A DNA stretch of 64,000 nt. Origin: Felis catus. Taxonomy: Eukaryota. Both the position numbers and the translations under genes were made by a program. Positions 11,150 through 23,925 of this stretch are shown piece after piece. The stretch's first letter is position 1, and each line of letters opens with the position of its first letter. The stretch spans positions 152,026,001 to 152,090,000 of the forward strand of contig NC_058368.1 of the NCBI RefSeq assembly GCF_018350175.1. The letters run 5' to 3'. Below the pieces are notes generated by a model. The model made no database searches. It saw nothing but the letters and a program-made list of their open reading frames with translations, and had not been told where the DNA came from.

Positions 11150-12680
11150 TAGTTTTAATATTTTAATTTTTCTTGTTTTAATTTTAATAAAATCTATAAC
11201 ACAAAGAGTTTAAAAGAGTCATATAGTTCTACAGAGTTCATGATGAAAATAGCAGACCTACCCATCCCTCCTTGTGGCAACAATTCTAATCTCTTTATCT
11301 CTTTAACCGATCACATTGTTATTTATCACCAGGTCTCTAATATGCTTTTATTGGTACTTTTTAGGTGATTATTTTGCTATAACTCACTATATTTAAAAGT
11401 AACATGGTTTTTATTTTTGCTAATTTTTGAGTGAGTTTTAGGTATCATTTGTTTACTTACGTACTACATAAGGTGGGCATTTAGAGCTCTGTCCTCCTGC
11501 TCCCTTATCCCCTTCCCCAACTCAGAATCATTCCATCTATGTTCCATATTACCTTAGTTGTAACTTGGTGATTTTTCTGGAGTTTTCCCCAGGTTATCCT
11601 GTATTTCTTGTTTTATTGATTTGCTTGGTTGCTTTCAGCTCCAAACTCTTTATCAATTGCTAATTCTCCACTCTAGATATTCAGGTGCATCAGGTATTCT
11701 ATCAATTTCATCCACTTAAACAGGAACTTTTCTTGGAGCCTCTGACCTTATTATTGTGAGCAGATTTCCCCATACAGGTATTGTACAGTTCTGACTCTGG
11801 GGCTTCCCTTCACTCCCCATCTGTATCAGTGGATCTGCTGCTCTGCAAATCTCATTCCGTCACATTTCTTGTGCTTCTCCTTTGATTAATGGCACACACT
11901 TTCCCCTATCTTATTAGATACAGAAATACATTATGTGAGAAAGTGAAGAGTTGAAAATATCCTTGATTTTCCCATCATGTATAGGTCGGCTAAATGTACA
12001 CTTCTAATTGGAAATTACTTTTCTTCAGAATTTTGTTGAAGACAGATTTCTATTGCCTTTTATCTTTCAATGTTACTCTTGAAAAGTTTAGTTATTTTGA
12101 TGATTTATAGTAGACCTAATTTTTTTTTCTCTTCTCCCTGGATTTATATACTTTTTTTTTTGTTTGTCCCCACAGCCATAAAATTTAGTGATGGCATGCT
12201 TTGGTATAACTTTGTTTTCTACCTTTCAATAGAAACTCAGGAGACGACTGCAATCTGGAAAAAAAAAATTCTTGGCTTATACCAAGAAAATAATTAATGT
12301 TTTACTTCTTTTTTAAAATTTTCTATGGAATTCTTATTTTTCAGATATTTGACCTATTGGACAGGTCCTCTAACTTTCTTATCTTTTCTCTCTTGTTTTT
12401 AGTCTTGTTGACGTTTTTTCTACTTTCTGAGATTTTCCTAAATTTATCTTCCCATGCTTTATTATTTTTTCTCTCAAATTTTCAATTTCAACTGCTCCTG
12501 TTTCTCTCTGTCCATTTTTGTTAATACCTTGTTCTTGTTTCATGGTTAAAATATTTCTTCTTTTTAAAACAGTTTTATTCTTCCTCATTTGTTTCCTCTC
12601 TCTCTTTTTCTGATGGTTTTGATGTAATTCCTGTACTACATATGAGAGACTAACATTGTAATCTTTGGTTGTCTGTCAAT
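11150..12680 (-). mobile_element. Highly decayed ancient L1 (L1ME/HAL1-like) fragments
   Basis: Strong T-rich skew; motifs such as ttggaaattacttttcttcagaatttt...gaag typical of antisense old L1. Confidence 0.45.
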
Positions 12681-13525
12681 ATTTTTTAGCTAATTACAGT
12701 ATACCATTTCTGTTTCTCAGTTTCTAAATCCACTTCAAGAAAGGATGTACAAGGCTTCTGATATTTAAACTTCATTTTAAATATGCAGCAGAAAAGACAA
12801 AAATAACAATGTATATTACATAACTTTGTGATGATAAATTTGAGAGTCTAGTTGAAAAAAATTAAAGAGAAGTCAATAAAAGTAAGTCTTTTTAATAGTC
12901 AAAAGAAAACTTTCATTCGCTGCATTATTCTGGAAAACTTTTTACTGTAAAGGAGAAAAGACTTAAAGAGAAATCAGTTTTCTAGTCACCAAATAGTTTG
13001 CCAGATAAAATAGAAATTTTTGGCCCATAGAGTGCATGCAGAGCAAATGAGATTTGTACTTCTCTCCAAACGTTTCTGTAGGATTTTAGATTAAAGTTAG
13101 AAAAATGCAAACTTCATTTACAACTGAGTAATTATAAGAGTCTGTTAATATCTAGAATCTGCATATTTTAGGAGATAGGTAGACAGATAATAGGTAAATA
13201 CATAGATAGGTAGATAAGTAAATACACAATTTTATTCCTAAAGGCAATTCACCACATCTCTAGCTATTAACCAACTAAGAAAGAAAAATAAGCAGATTAG
13301 TCATAGAAGCACTGTAGATAATTATTTTCAAATGACCTTCACATAAAGAGTGAGTTCTAGAATATAAAAAAGCTTAAACTCCTAAAAATTAATAATTATT
13401 TTAATAAAATAATTTAAGTAAAATTTATGCAAGTAAAATTACCAGATACTATATTTATAAGAAAATTTGAGAACAACTATTTTTTTTAATTTTTACTTGA
13501 GACTTAGATTTAAAAATCATCCTCA

Positions 13526-13790
13526 GGGTGCCTGGGTGGCTCATTAAAAATAAAAATATGGAGCACCTGGGTGGTTCAGTCGGTTAAGTGACCAACTTTG
13601 GCTCTGGTCATGATGTCACAGTTCGTGGGTTTGAGCCCCGGGTCGGGCTCTGTGCTGAACTCTTGCTTGGAGCCTGAAGCCTGCTTCAGATTCTGTGTCT
13701 CCTTCTCTCTCTGCCCCTCCCCCACTGTCTCACTCTGTTTCTCGAAAATAAATAAATGTAAAATAAATAAGTAAATAAATAGATATTAAA
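13526..13790 (+). mobile_element. Can-SINE preceded by an extra 18-nt SINE head
   Basis: gggtgcctgggtggctca + ttaaaaataaaaatat + full SINE from 13560; flanks aaaaatcatcctca / aaaaatcattttca. Confidence 0.9.
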
Positions 13791-13888
13791 AGGTAAAAAT
13801 CATTTTCAAGCATATAAAGAACCATAACAACACAACTCAAAACTGAACAAACTGAGTTATCAAAAAAAAAAATCACTAAACAATACCA

Positions 13889-13939
13889 AAAAAGAAAAGA
13901 AAAGAAAAGAAAAGAAAAGAAAAGAAAAGAAAAGAAAAG
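13889..13939. repeat. (GAAAA)n pentanucleotide repeat
   Basis: Direct inspection. Confidence 0.95.
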
Positions 13940-16900
13940 GAAAAACCAAAACAGCAATCCATGCAAAAGAAACAAAAGTAGAATGGTATGTCTTATCCAC
14001 TAACACAAAGTTATTCTTGGAGCTTGTTCCTTATTTGATTTCTCTTTGAGTTGTAGGCACGGTAAATATGAAAAGACTGACAAATACGTTTTACTAAATC
14101 CCAAATATTTTACAGGTTTGAGCTGAAGAATTTTTAAACACTAAAGTGATGTTTATAAGAGGAAATAAGTAATATGTCTTGGATTCATTCAGTTGAATGT
14201 GGATTTATCTCCAAATGTTCAAAAAAAAACTGATGAAAATGAAAATAAGCTAAAGCCATTTAATGCCTCTGATTTGGATAAATAAAAAAGTTTTACTAAA
14301 CACCTACACTTTGAATGTTATAACAAGACGTAACATGTACATAATTCTGAGATATGCATTCTTATATCAATGCATATGTCAATATATAACACTATGTTTT
14401 AAAATATACAAACTTCCAGCTCTCTCCTCTTTAGTTTTTCAAGCAATTTTAACTCAGAACTTGGTGACTCAGAAGAAAGGCATTGCTAAAATGGCAAAAG
14501 ATCCCAGAAAAGTCTAAGCCTGTGATGAGGAGGTTTTCTCAGGTCTGAAAGGAGCAGCTTCAAATTCAGTCATCAGGCTGTGTCTTCAATGCCACAATCA
14601 ATGTTGTTTTGTCTAAAAGAGTAGTAGGAATGCCATGAAAAGCATGGCCATGCTTCAGCAGATAAAGCTGAAGATAAGACACTTCTCTGAAATGAACTGT
14701 TTCCAACAAAACATATTTGGCTCATTTGATTGAAGGCTGGACATTATCATGGAAAGGGAGTCACATTAGAAAGTGAGAGAACTGAATTCTGGTCATATCT
14801 TGGTCACTAATTCTGGGACTAAAACATTGACCCTGTCTGTGCCAGTTTTCTAATTGTAATGAATTATGGTATATAGTGAAAACATATAATTGAATTATAG
14901 AAGAAACTCCTATCAAACAAGAATAAATTTCAATAGCATACTTCATGGTCCAAAGTATCATTACCAGAGGTAGTCATAGTAAGAGACATGGCAATGAGGA
15001 AAACTAGATAAAGGGAGAGGAATAAAGAGGAGGTACAGGAGACCCACCTGACAGTCAACTGACCTCATGGAGTGTGCAAAGGATGGAGACCATTTCTCAG
15101 TCCAACCGTCTGTACCATCAGCCATCTGACACTAGTAGGCACAATGTAATGGTTTTCTCCTCCAAGACTATAAAGGTGAAACTATCACTTAATCAACCAT
15201 CTTCAATTTAGATATCTACTTAGACATAATTTATTTATTAAAAGATCTCTTTCTCAAGCTATTTGTTTGTAATAATGTTCCTCAAGGAGAAACATTTAGT
15301 TGAAACATTTCAAGATAAATCATGAAGGAAAGAAATGTTTTTACTTTGATTTTTCAAGTCTCTTTGCAGACACTGTTCATCTTCAACTTTACACAAAATT
15401 CAAAGTCATGACTTTTTATCATTTAAATCAAGGGTGCCCACTGTATTTTAATTGATCAGGAAGAAGACTAGAAGCTGTTAAAAATGAACCTTTGAAAGAG
15501 ACATAAATAGCTTTACCAAAGGATATTCAATAAGCTCTTTCACAGATTGTTCACAATACCACACTAAACAAGAAGGTATTGTCATTGCAATATCTGCATG
15601 AGAATGCGTGGAATAATTCCACCAGATTTTACACCAGAATTCTAACAATTCTAGTCATGAGAGGTATTGTAAGTCATGGTTTCTGTACATGATACAATTT
15701 TATTTTTTGTTGCCTCTTTGTTTTGCAATGGAATTGGCTATGTGCCTGGTGCCTTTTATAAGAATACATTTCGAAGTAATATTTAAATAATTTAGCTTTA
15801 TTATATGGTATTTACAGGAACAATAACAGATATTCATTTAAAACACCATTTAATGCCATATGCAGTTTCTAGTTCCTTCCCCTTTCCTTTAACGGTCAAT
15901 GGAAAAATCACTGTAAAATTTGAGGCATTAATAAATTTACTAGATGCTTCTTTTCTCTTTCTCTAAGGTTAACTAACTTGTTTTTGAATTCAGCATTTGT
16001 TAGGTTCTTCAATTCCAAGATTAATTTTTTTGTTGCTCTAATGTAATGTTGCATATTCATTTGCAAAACAAAGACACATGGGCAAAAACTTCTGCAATAT
16101 TGTCTGTCTAGGGACAGCTCTGAGGATTACAATATGCTCAGCTCTCATTTTTTTGAAACAACTTCGGGATGCAATCTTTAGTTGAATTTCAAAATGGATT
16201 CTAATTTTTACATGGATCCTTCTGGCAAGGAAATTCTGGGTACCTTAAGGAACTGAAATAAAAAATATAAGACATAGATTCTTGAAATCCCCCCTCCATC
16301 TAGATGAAAATGAGCATAGGAAAACATACTGTGATAATCCAAAACATTCATTATGAAAATCATGTAAGATTTGAAACTCTCTCTGCAAGCTGCATTTGAT
16401 TACAAACTTCTCTTGGGACTATGCCTAGGTATTCTTGGGCTTGTGACCAGACTACATTGCTTAGCCTACCAACCATCACTGAACATACTTTAATATCACT
16501 TAACTCCACAAGACCTACACTGTGGAAAAGTCCACATTGGACACACTTTCTACACAGCCCTGATTTTTTCCCCAAAATTTCATGTTAAACTTAGTAGCAA
16601 TGGTAAAATGCTCACCACCCATATCTTCTGTAACATTGCTGTTCTTTTTAGATTTCTGAAACCAAACTTCTTTTTCCATTGGTACTCCATTAATATTCAA
16701 TCTCTTCTTGCTCTGTACCTATAGTTATCTGATGGCAACGCTAGCTTTATTCACACTGCAAAAGGAAACACCCTGCATCTCATCCGGTAAGAACAGTAAA
16801 GAAGTGGCCTGGGATGAAAGGGAGGCTGCTGAAGGAAAGATGCAGGCAAAGGGAGGAAGGAGTAGGGTCATACAGAATATAGTTATTTGAATTACACTAT

Positions 16901-19212
16901 ATTGAGTCTTATGACTATGTATATTCATCAGTAATATATATTCAAAAAAATATCTATATCAAAGTACTTTTTCTTGGTCTGGAGCATGCAACTAGTCCTA
17001 AAGGAAAGTTGTAAAGAGGCCTTTCTATGGCAAGGATCAAGGAAGGAGAAATTTTAGATTAATATTCCTATAAAACAATACTTGCATATAACTTAATGCC
17101 TTTGTTTCAAACTTTAGTTCCTCTTTAATTCTTAGGGAGTGATGATAAATTCTTAACTTTAACATGTGGAATCTTCCCTAGTTTGACTCTAAACTACCTT
17201 TCCAGTTAACTCTACCTGTCATGACAGCTAGACAATTCTACAACTTTGTTTTAATATCTTTTGTCTCTTCATCCTCCTTCTAAAAATCCTTCCCTGGCTT
17301 CTTTACTTAAGCAAACCCCACTAATATTTTAAGATATAGTTAAATTTCTTCTTTGATGCTTTTCTGACTTCCTCAACTGTATTTATGAACTTTCTTCAGT
17401 GACCTCACCTTCTTCTGACATTATACTTCTTCTTTATACTACTTATTTATTCATTCAATAGATGCTTATTCAGTTCCTACTGATATAAAGGTACAAACTT
17501 GTACAAAAGGCAAAGGTATAGACCTCCAAGATTATAAGCTAGAAGCATAAGACAAAGTCATACACAACTATAATTCAGAACATAAATGGCATAGGTAAAC
17601 TGTATACAGGGCGCTATGGAATGTCAGAGAAGGAAAACTACATTTAGATGGAGGCCATACATATAATTTTAGCAGACATACTTAAAGTATTTCCTGAGTT
17701 CATTGTTCCTTGATGTACTTTTAATGTAGCGTACTATGGAATTGTATTTTCACCTTGCTTGCACTCCATCTCTGGTTTATAAGTTATTTTCAGATATGGA
17801 GACTTTTTCAGTTAGTTTACTTCTGGCTATAAGTAATAAGAAATCCTTATTCAATCAGCTTGAACAATAAAAAGTTTATTTAATACTTTAGGAAACCCAG
17901 ACATAACATCTTTTCAGCATTAGTTAAGAGATCATTAAGATCAGGTACAAGGCAATAATATCCTTTCTCACTATTCCTTTTCAACATTCTACTGGGAGTT
18001 CTAGCTAAGGCAATAACACAAAAAAGGAAATGAAAGGATTGAGACAGAAGACACAGAACTCTTTGTTTGTAGGAGAAATGATCATCTATGTAAAAAGTCT
18101 AAGAGAATCAATAAGAAAACTCCTGAAGTAATAAGAGATTATGACAAAATTGCAGGAAAAAAGGTTAATATGAAAAAGTCAATCATTTGTCTATAAACTA
18201 GCAATGAACAAGTGAAAATTGAAGGCAAAAAGAAAAAAAACAGTATCATTTGCATTAGCACCCAAACAATGAAACACTTGGTTATAAATCTTACAGAACA
18301 TGCACAAGATCTATAGAAGGAAAACTACAAAACTGTGATGAAGGCAATCAAAGAAAAACTAAATAAATGGAGAGATACTCCATGTTCATGGATGGGAGGA
18401 CTAAACATTGTCAAAATGCTAGTCCTTGCCAATTAGATCTATAGATTCAATGCATTCCCAATCAAAATACCAACAAGTTATTTTGTGGGTATCAAGAAAC
18501 TAATTCTAAAGTTTATAAGGAGAGGCAAAAGACCCAGAATAGCCAATACATTATTGAAGGAGAAGAAAAAAATTGGGAGACCAGACACTGTCTGACTTCA
18601 GAACTTACTATAAAACTACAGTAATCAAGACAGTGTGGTATCAGTGAGAGAACAGACAAATAGATCAATATACCAAAAACAGACCTACATAAATATAGTC
18701 AACTGACCTTTAACAAAGGAGTAAAAGGCAATACAATAGAAAAAAACAGATAATGCTTTCAACATATAATGCTAAGTAGACATCCTCTTGCAAATAAAAA
18801 AAAAAAATGAATCTGGACACAGACCTTATACCTTTCACACAATTAACTCAAAATGGATCACAAACCTAAATCCATCAATACAAAACTATCAAACTCCTAG
18901 AAAATAACATGGAAAATTCAGATGATCTTGGGTTTGATGATGACTTTTTTAGAATAAACATCAAAGGCACAATGCATGAAAGAAAGAATTGATAATGTGG
19001 ACCATATTAAAATTTAAAACTTCTGCTCTGAGGAAGATAGCATCAAGAGAATAAGAGGACCCATAGAATATGATAAAATGTTAGAAAAAGATACATCTCA
19101 TAAAAGACTATCATCCAAAATATGCAAAGAACTCCTAAAACTCAACAATAAGAAAACTAACAACCTGATTTAAAAAACTGCCCAAAGACCTTAGAAGTCA
19201 CCTCACCAAAGA

Positions 19213-19644
19213 ATAAAAATAACCAGAGAACACATACAAACAGCCAACAGATACATAAAAAGATTCTCAACATCACTAATCATCACAGAAATGCAAATTA
19301 AAACTACAATGCAATGTCACCTCACAGCTGTTAGAATGGCTATTGTTAAAAAGACAAGAAAAAACAAATGTTGGTGAGGTTGTAGAGAAAAGGGGAACCC
19401 TTGTGCACCATTGATGGGAATGTAAATTGGAACAGCTATTATGCAAAACAGTATGGAGTTTCCTCCAAAAATTAAAAATAAAACTATCATATAATCCAGC
19501 AATTTCACTTCAGTATTTATCCAAAGAAAGCAAAAACACTAATTTGAAAAGATATATGCACCCCCATGTTCATTGCAGCATTATTTACAGTAGCCAAGCT
19601 ATGGAAAAACCTTAAGTGTCCATCAATGGATGAACAGATAAAGA

Positions 19645-19694
<50 letters not shown>

Positions 19695-20179
19695 CACACA
19701 CACACACAACGAGAGAGAGAGAAAGAGACAGAGACAGAGAGACAGAGATAGAGAAAGATGGACCTTGTGGGCATTAAGCTAAGTGGAATAAGTCAAGATA
19801 CAAAAAGACGAATACAATAGGATTTCACTTATATGTGGTATCTGAAAAATAAAACAAAGAACAAACAAAAAAGCACAAACAGACCCATAAATACAGAGAG
19901 CAAACTGATGGTTGCCAGAGAGAAGGAGGGGTGAAGTGATGGAAAAATGGGTGAAAGGGAGCAAGAGGTATAGGTTGCCAATTATGGAATGAATAAGTCA
20001 TAGGGATGAGAGATACAGCATAGGGAATATAGTCAATGATATTGTAATAGCGTAGTATGGTGACAGATGGTAACTATACTTGTGGTGAACATAGCATAAT
20101 ATATAGAGTTGTTGAATCCACTATGTTATATGCCTGAAACTAATGTAATATTGTGTGTCAACTGTACTTCAATAAAAAA
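19213..20179 (+). mobile_element. Younger carnivore L1 3' end nested in the L1MC element
   Basis: ORF2 C-terminus motifs, then carnivore-type 3'UTR ggtgacagatggtaacta...cctgaaactaatgtaatattgtgtgtcaactgtacttcaataaaaaa. Confidence 0.88.
19646..19757. repeat. Compound (TA)n(CA)n(GA/GACA)n microsatellite inside the L1
   Basis: Direct inspection. Confidence 0.95.
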
Positions 20180-21229
20180 AGATATATGAATTACAGCTAT
20201 GAATATGAAAAGATGCTCTACATCATATGTCATCAGGGAAATGCAAGTTAAAAAAATACGAAATACCACTACACACCTACTTGAATGTCCAAAATCCAAA
20301 GCACTGACAACACCGAAAGCTGGTGAGGTTGTGAGCATTAGGAACTCTCATTCATTGCTGGGGAGCAGGAGAGGGATGCAACTTAGTACAGCCACTTTGG
20401 AAGACAGCTTGGTGGTTTCTTAAAAAAAAAACTAAACCTAACCTTAACATAGGATCCACCAGTCATGCTCCTTAGTATTTACCCAAAGAGGCTGAAACAT
20501 GTTTGCACAAAAACGTGTACGAGGATATTTACAGCTACTTTATTCATAATTGCCAAAACTTGGCAGCAACCAAGATGTCCTAAATTAGACGAATGGATAA
20601 ATAAACTATTATACCTTTAGATAATTGAATATTATTCAGCGCTAAAAAGAAATGAACTATCAAGCCAGGAATAAACATGAGGGAACCTTCCATGAATACT
20701 ACTAAGTGAAAGAAGCCATTCTAAAGAATTTTTATCTGCTTGATTTCAACCATATGACCTAGAAAAGGCAAAACTATGGAGACAATAAAAAGCTCAGTGG
20801 TTGTTAGAGGGTAAGGGCCAGGAAAGGATAAATAGGGCACAAAGTATTCTTAGGAGAGTGAAAATATTCTCTATGATACTATAATAATAAATACACATTA
20901 TTATACATTTCTGCAAACACATAGAATGTAACACACCAAGATGAAGCTCAATGTAAACTGTGGCTTTAGGATTATTATGATGTACCAACGTACATTCATC
21001 AATTGTGACAAATGAACCACCTTGGTAGGGAGTTGTTGACAATGGAAGAGGCTATGTTCGTGTGCGCCGACAGCTGTGTAGGAAATCTCTGTACCTTCCC
21101 CTCAATCGTGAACCCAGAACTGCTCTAAAAAAATAAAGTCATTTTAAAAAGGCATTCACAAATTTTTTTAAGTTAGGAATTCGAATTTTGCGAGAGTTCT
21201 ATGAAATGGATTATATATTTTAACGTTCT

Positions 21230-21785
21230 TAAAACTCTTCAATGAATTTCCACTACATTTAGAATATACTCAAACTCATTAATGCAGCCTATAATGAAAT
21301 GCTGGTCATTTCTAACGTCTCCTATCTTGTTTCATACCACTATAGCTCTTGGCTCTGCCCTCAAGCCACACTAGCCACTTTCTTTTCTCGATCCATACTA
21401 ACTCACACTCCATAGTGAGTCTTTGCAATTGATTCTCTTTTGCTTTGGAAGTCTGAAGCCTATTTTGCAAACCCAGCTTCTAGGAAAGTTTGTGTTCACA
21501 TCGTTTCCACAGAGAGGCCTCTCCCGACTACCTAATCTAAAGCAGAGTCCCTCAATCTTTATATACCATATCATTCTGTCTATTATCTTCACCACGCTAC
21601 CAACTTCAAAATTTATCTTGTTATTTTTTCTATGCACTCTTTTATCTTTGTCAATGTCATTCCTCTCTAGCACAAGCTTTACGAAAGCAAGGATCTGGCT
21701 TATTTACTGCCGAATTTCCAGCACCTAAAGCAGCACCTAGCACAAACTAGACACTCAACAAGTATTTGTTGAATATATGAATATC
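21230..21785 (+). mobile_element. L2 3' fragment
   Basis: Ends gcacctagcacaaactagacactcaacaagtatttgttgaat, the typical L2 3' terminus. Confidence 0.75.
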
Positions 21786-22691
21786 TACATTCCTGTTTTC
21801 TCTAAAAATATGTTTAGATGAGGATGGCAAATGTGAAGCAGAAACTGTTGTGTAGAGACAAAGATATGAAATTTCTTCTAACATTAATTTTATAACACTT
21901 TTCATAAACAACATTGTATTTCCAAAATCTTTCCCTACTACCCATCTCTGTCAAAATAACAAGCAGCATTTTCAAGTGAGCATGTATTTTAAAATAAGTC
22001 AGGAAAACAGCTTTGGTTTCAATAGCATTTTTGCCCTTGTCATTTGGGGAAAAGATTCTCATCTACAAAATAGAATACAGAAAATCCTTGTGAACTTACA
22101 TGTGCTGCCTTTTCCATTCCACTGCACTTCTACCCAACCATGGAGCATTAAATGCAAGAAAGTCACGGAGGACCCACAGGATGTATAGGTAACTAGTTAA
22201 TGCACATTACCTCCATAATCTCCCACTATCCTGTATTCCACTTTATTGCAATTCATCAGACCATGAATGATTCTATTCATTCACAAATATTGTCTAAATT
22301 GACCAGTCTTAGTCCCCCAGAAAGCATAGGATGAAACAAATACTCATGTGTTACTATTTTACTAAAGATGCAAACTCAGGAAAGCATAAGTGAGAGGGAG
22401 GAAGATGAGGCTAGGAAGAATAGACAAACTAAGAATTGAGTATTTTACAGTATCAAGTACAACGGGTTGTTGAATCTTAGAAGACCCTACATGTTCACTA
22501 TCAACATGGAAAGTGCCTCTCGGTCAAGGAAAGGGGGAGATTTTTATCTACTAGATCCACTGTCCATTGGTCAAAGGTTTGTCCTGCAGAGTAAAGAGTT
22601 CTGGCCTCTCTATTCCTCTGATCCTTCCCTCTTCTCATCTGCACTTCCGGATTGTATTTGTATAAATGCCAAACCTCCATATTGGGGTCTT

Positions 22692-22715
22692 ATTTTTTTA
22701 ATGTTTATTCACTTT

Positions 22716-22758
<43 letters not shown>

Positions 22759-22914
22759 AAGCGGGGGTGGGGCAGAGAGAGAGGGAGACACAGAATCTGA
22801 AGCAGGCTCCAGACTCCAAGCCCTCAGCACAGAGCCTAATGTGGGGCTCAAACTCACGAACTGTGAGATCATGACCTGAACAGAAGTCAGATGCTAAACT
22901 GACTGAGCCACCCC
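22692..22914 (-). mobile_element. Can-SINE with expanded (GA)n, lacking about 10 nt of its 5' end
   Basis: Antisense SINE body; degenerate flanks aaacctccatattggggtcttat / aatcctcttattgggattttat. Confidence 0.92.
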
Positions 22915-23759
22915 AATCCTCTTATTGGGATTTTATGCCTCAGTATCAACAAGGAAGCCAGAAGGCAAGAGGACAATTTCTCAACGCGATTGTAACAGGA
23001 TGTATGGTCAAATGATGCCTGCACGTAGTCGGAGCCCAAGCAGCACTGGTCTCCTCAGCAGTGCCCGAGACGAGACAAGTCACCAAAACAACGGAGACAG
23101 ATCAGTACTACAGATCTCAAGTGTGCCTGGTACAACTACCCACTCCAGTTTTCAGTCCTAACTAAATCATTTTATTGTAAATCTAGGAAAAAGCCATAAT
23201 TGTTGAAATTGAAACTGAAAACAACAGCATAAGAAACATCTACCTTTAGGGGAAAAGAATCTCCACTGATTGGCCAGTTTTGTGATCCAGTAAAGGGCTA
23301 AGCATTCACTTAAGCACTTTCCATATGTTCATTTCATGGCAGGTAATAGCACAGCTCTGCTCCAGAGTACTGGTTTTGTTGTTGAGCAGTTCTCTCAAAA
23401 CTTCCAGGAATCAGAAAAGCTTTGGACTTCGGGCTGCAGAGGAAAACAGGGGGAAAATGAGGAAACAGTAAAGCAGAAAGAGGAGTGAGCAGGAGAAAGA
23501 AATAAGTAGTTCAAGTAGTTGTAGAGACTGTCCCCAATTACCTTAGGAGCTATTGAGAGACATTTTGTGCTGCTGATGTTCAAGCTTTGACCCTGAAAGA
23601 ACATCAAGACAAAAGAGGAAAGTGAACAATCATTTAGAAGACACGGACAATTCAAATCAGCTACTGAATTCTGGCAAGAAAACACGGAAACCTTATGCCT
23701 TGTATAACCAACTCAGGATGATGAAAGACAGGATTATTATCTTAATGTTTTTTACACTG

Positions 23760-23925
23760 AATTATAGAGCCGAAAGGAACTTTGGTGATCATGGGATCCC
23801 AAATCTTCAAATACAGACAAGGAACTATAAACTTGAGAAAGTGACTTGTCCAAAGTCAAATAGTAAGCTAAGGGCCACAACAAGACCAGAACACAAGACT
23901 CCCATTCTTATTGTCAATGCCTTTC
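23760..23925 (-). mobile_element. MIR/MIR3 fragment
   Basis: atacagacaaggaacta...gagaaagtgacttgtccaaagtca core. Confidence 0.6.

Larger units (their letters stand above)
17940..21142 (+). mobile_element. 5'-truncated L1MC1-like LINE (decayed ORF2 3' part plus 3'UTR), interrupted at 19213-20179
   Basis: ORF2 motifs atctatagattcaatgcattcccaatcaaaatacc and aaaactacagtaatcaagacagtgtggta; 3' end ggaaatctctgtaccttcc...actgctctaaaaaaataaagtc resembles L1MC1; many stops and frameshifts. Confidence 0.88.

Noticed and set aside
17940..19500. L1 ORF2 as an intact reverse transcriptase gene
   Set aside because: 5'-truncated, with numerous stops and frameshifts.
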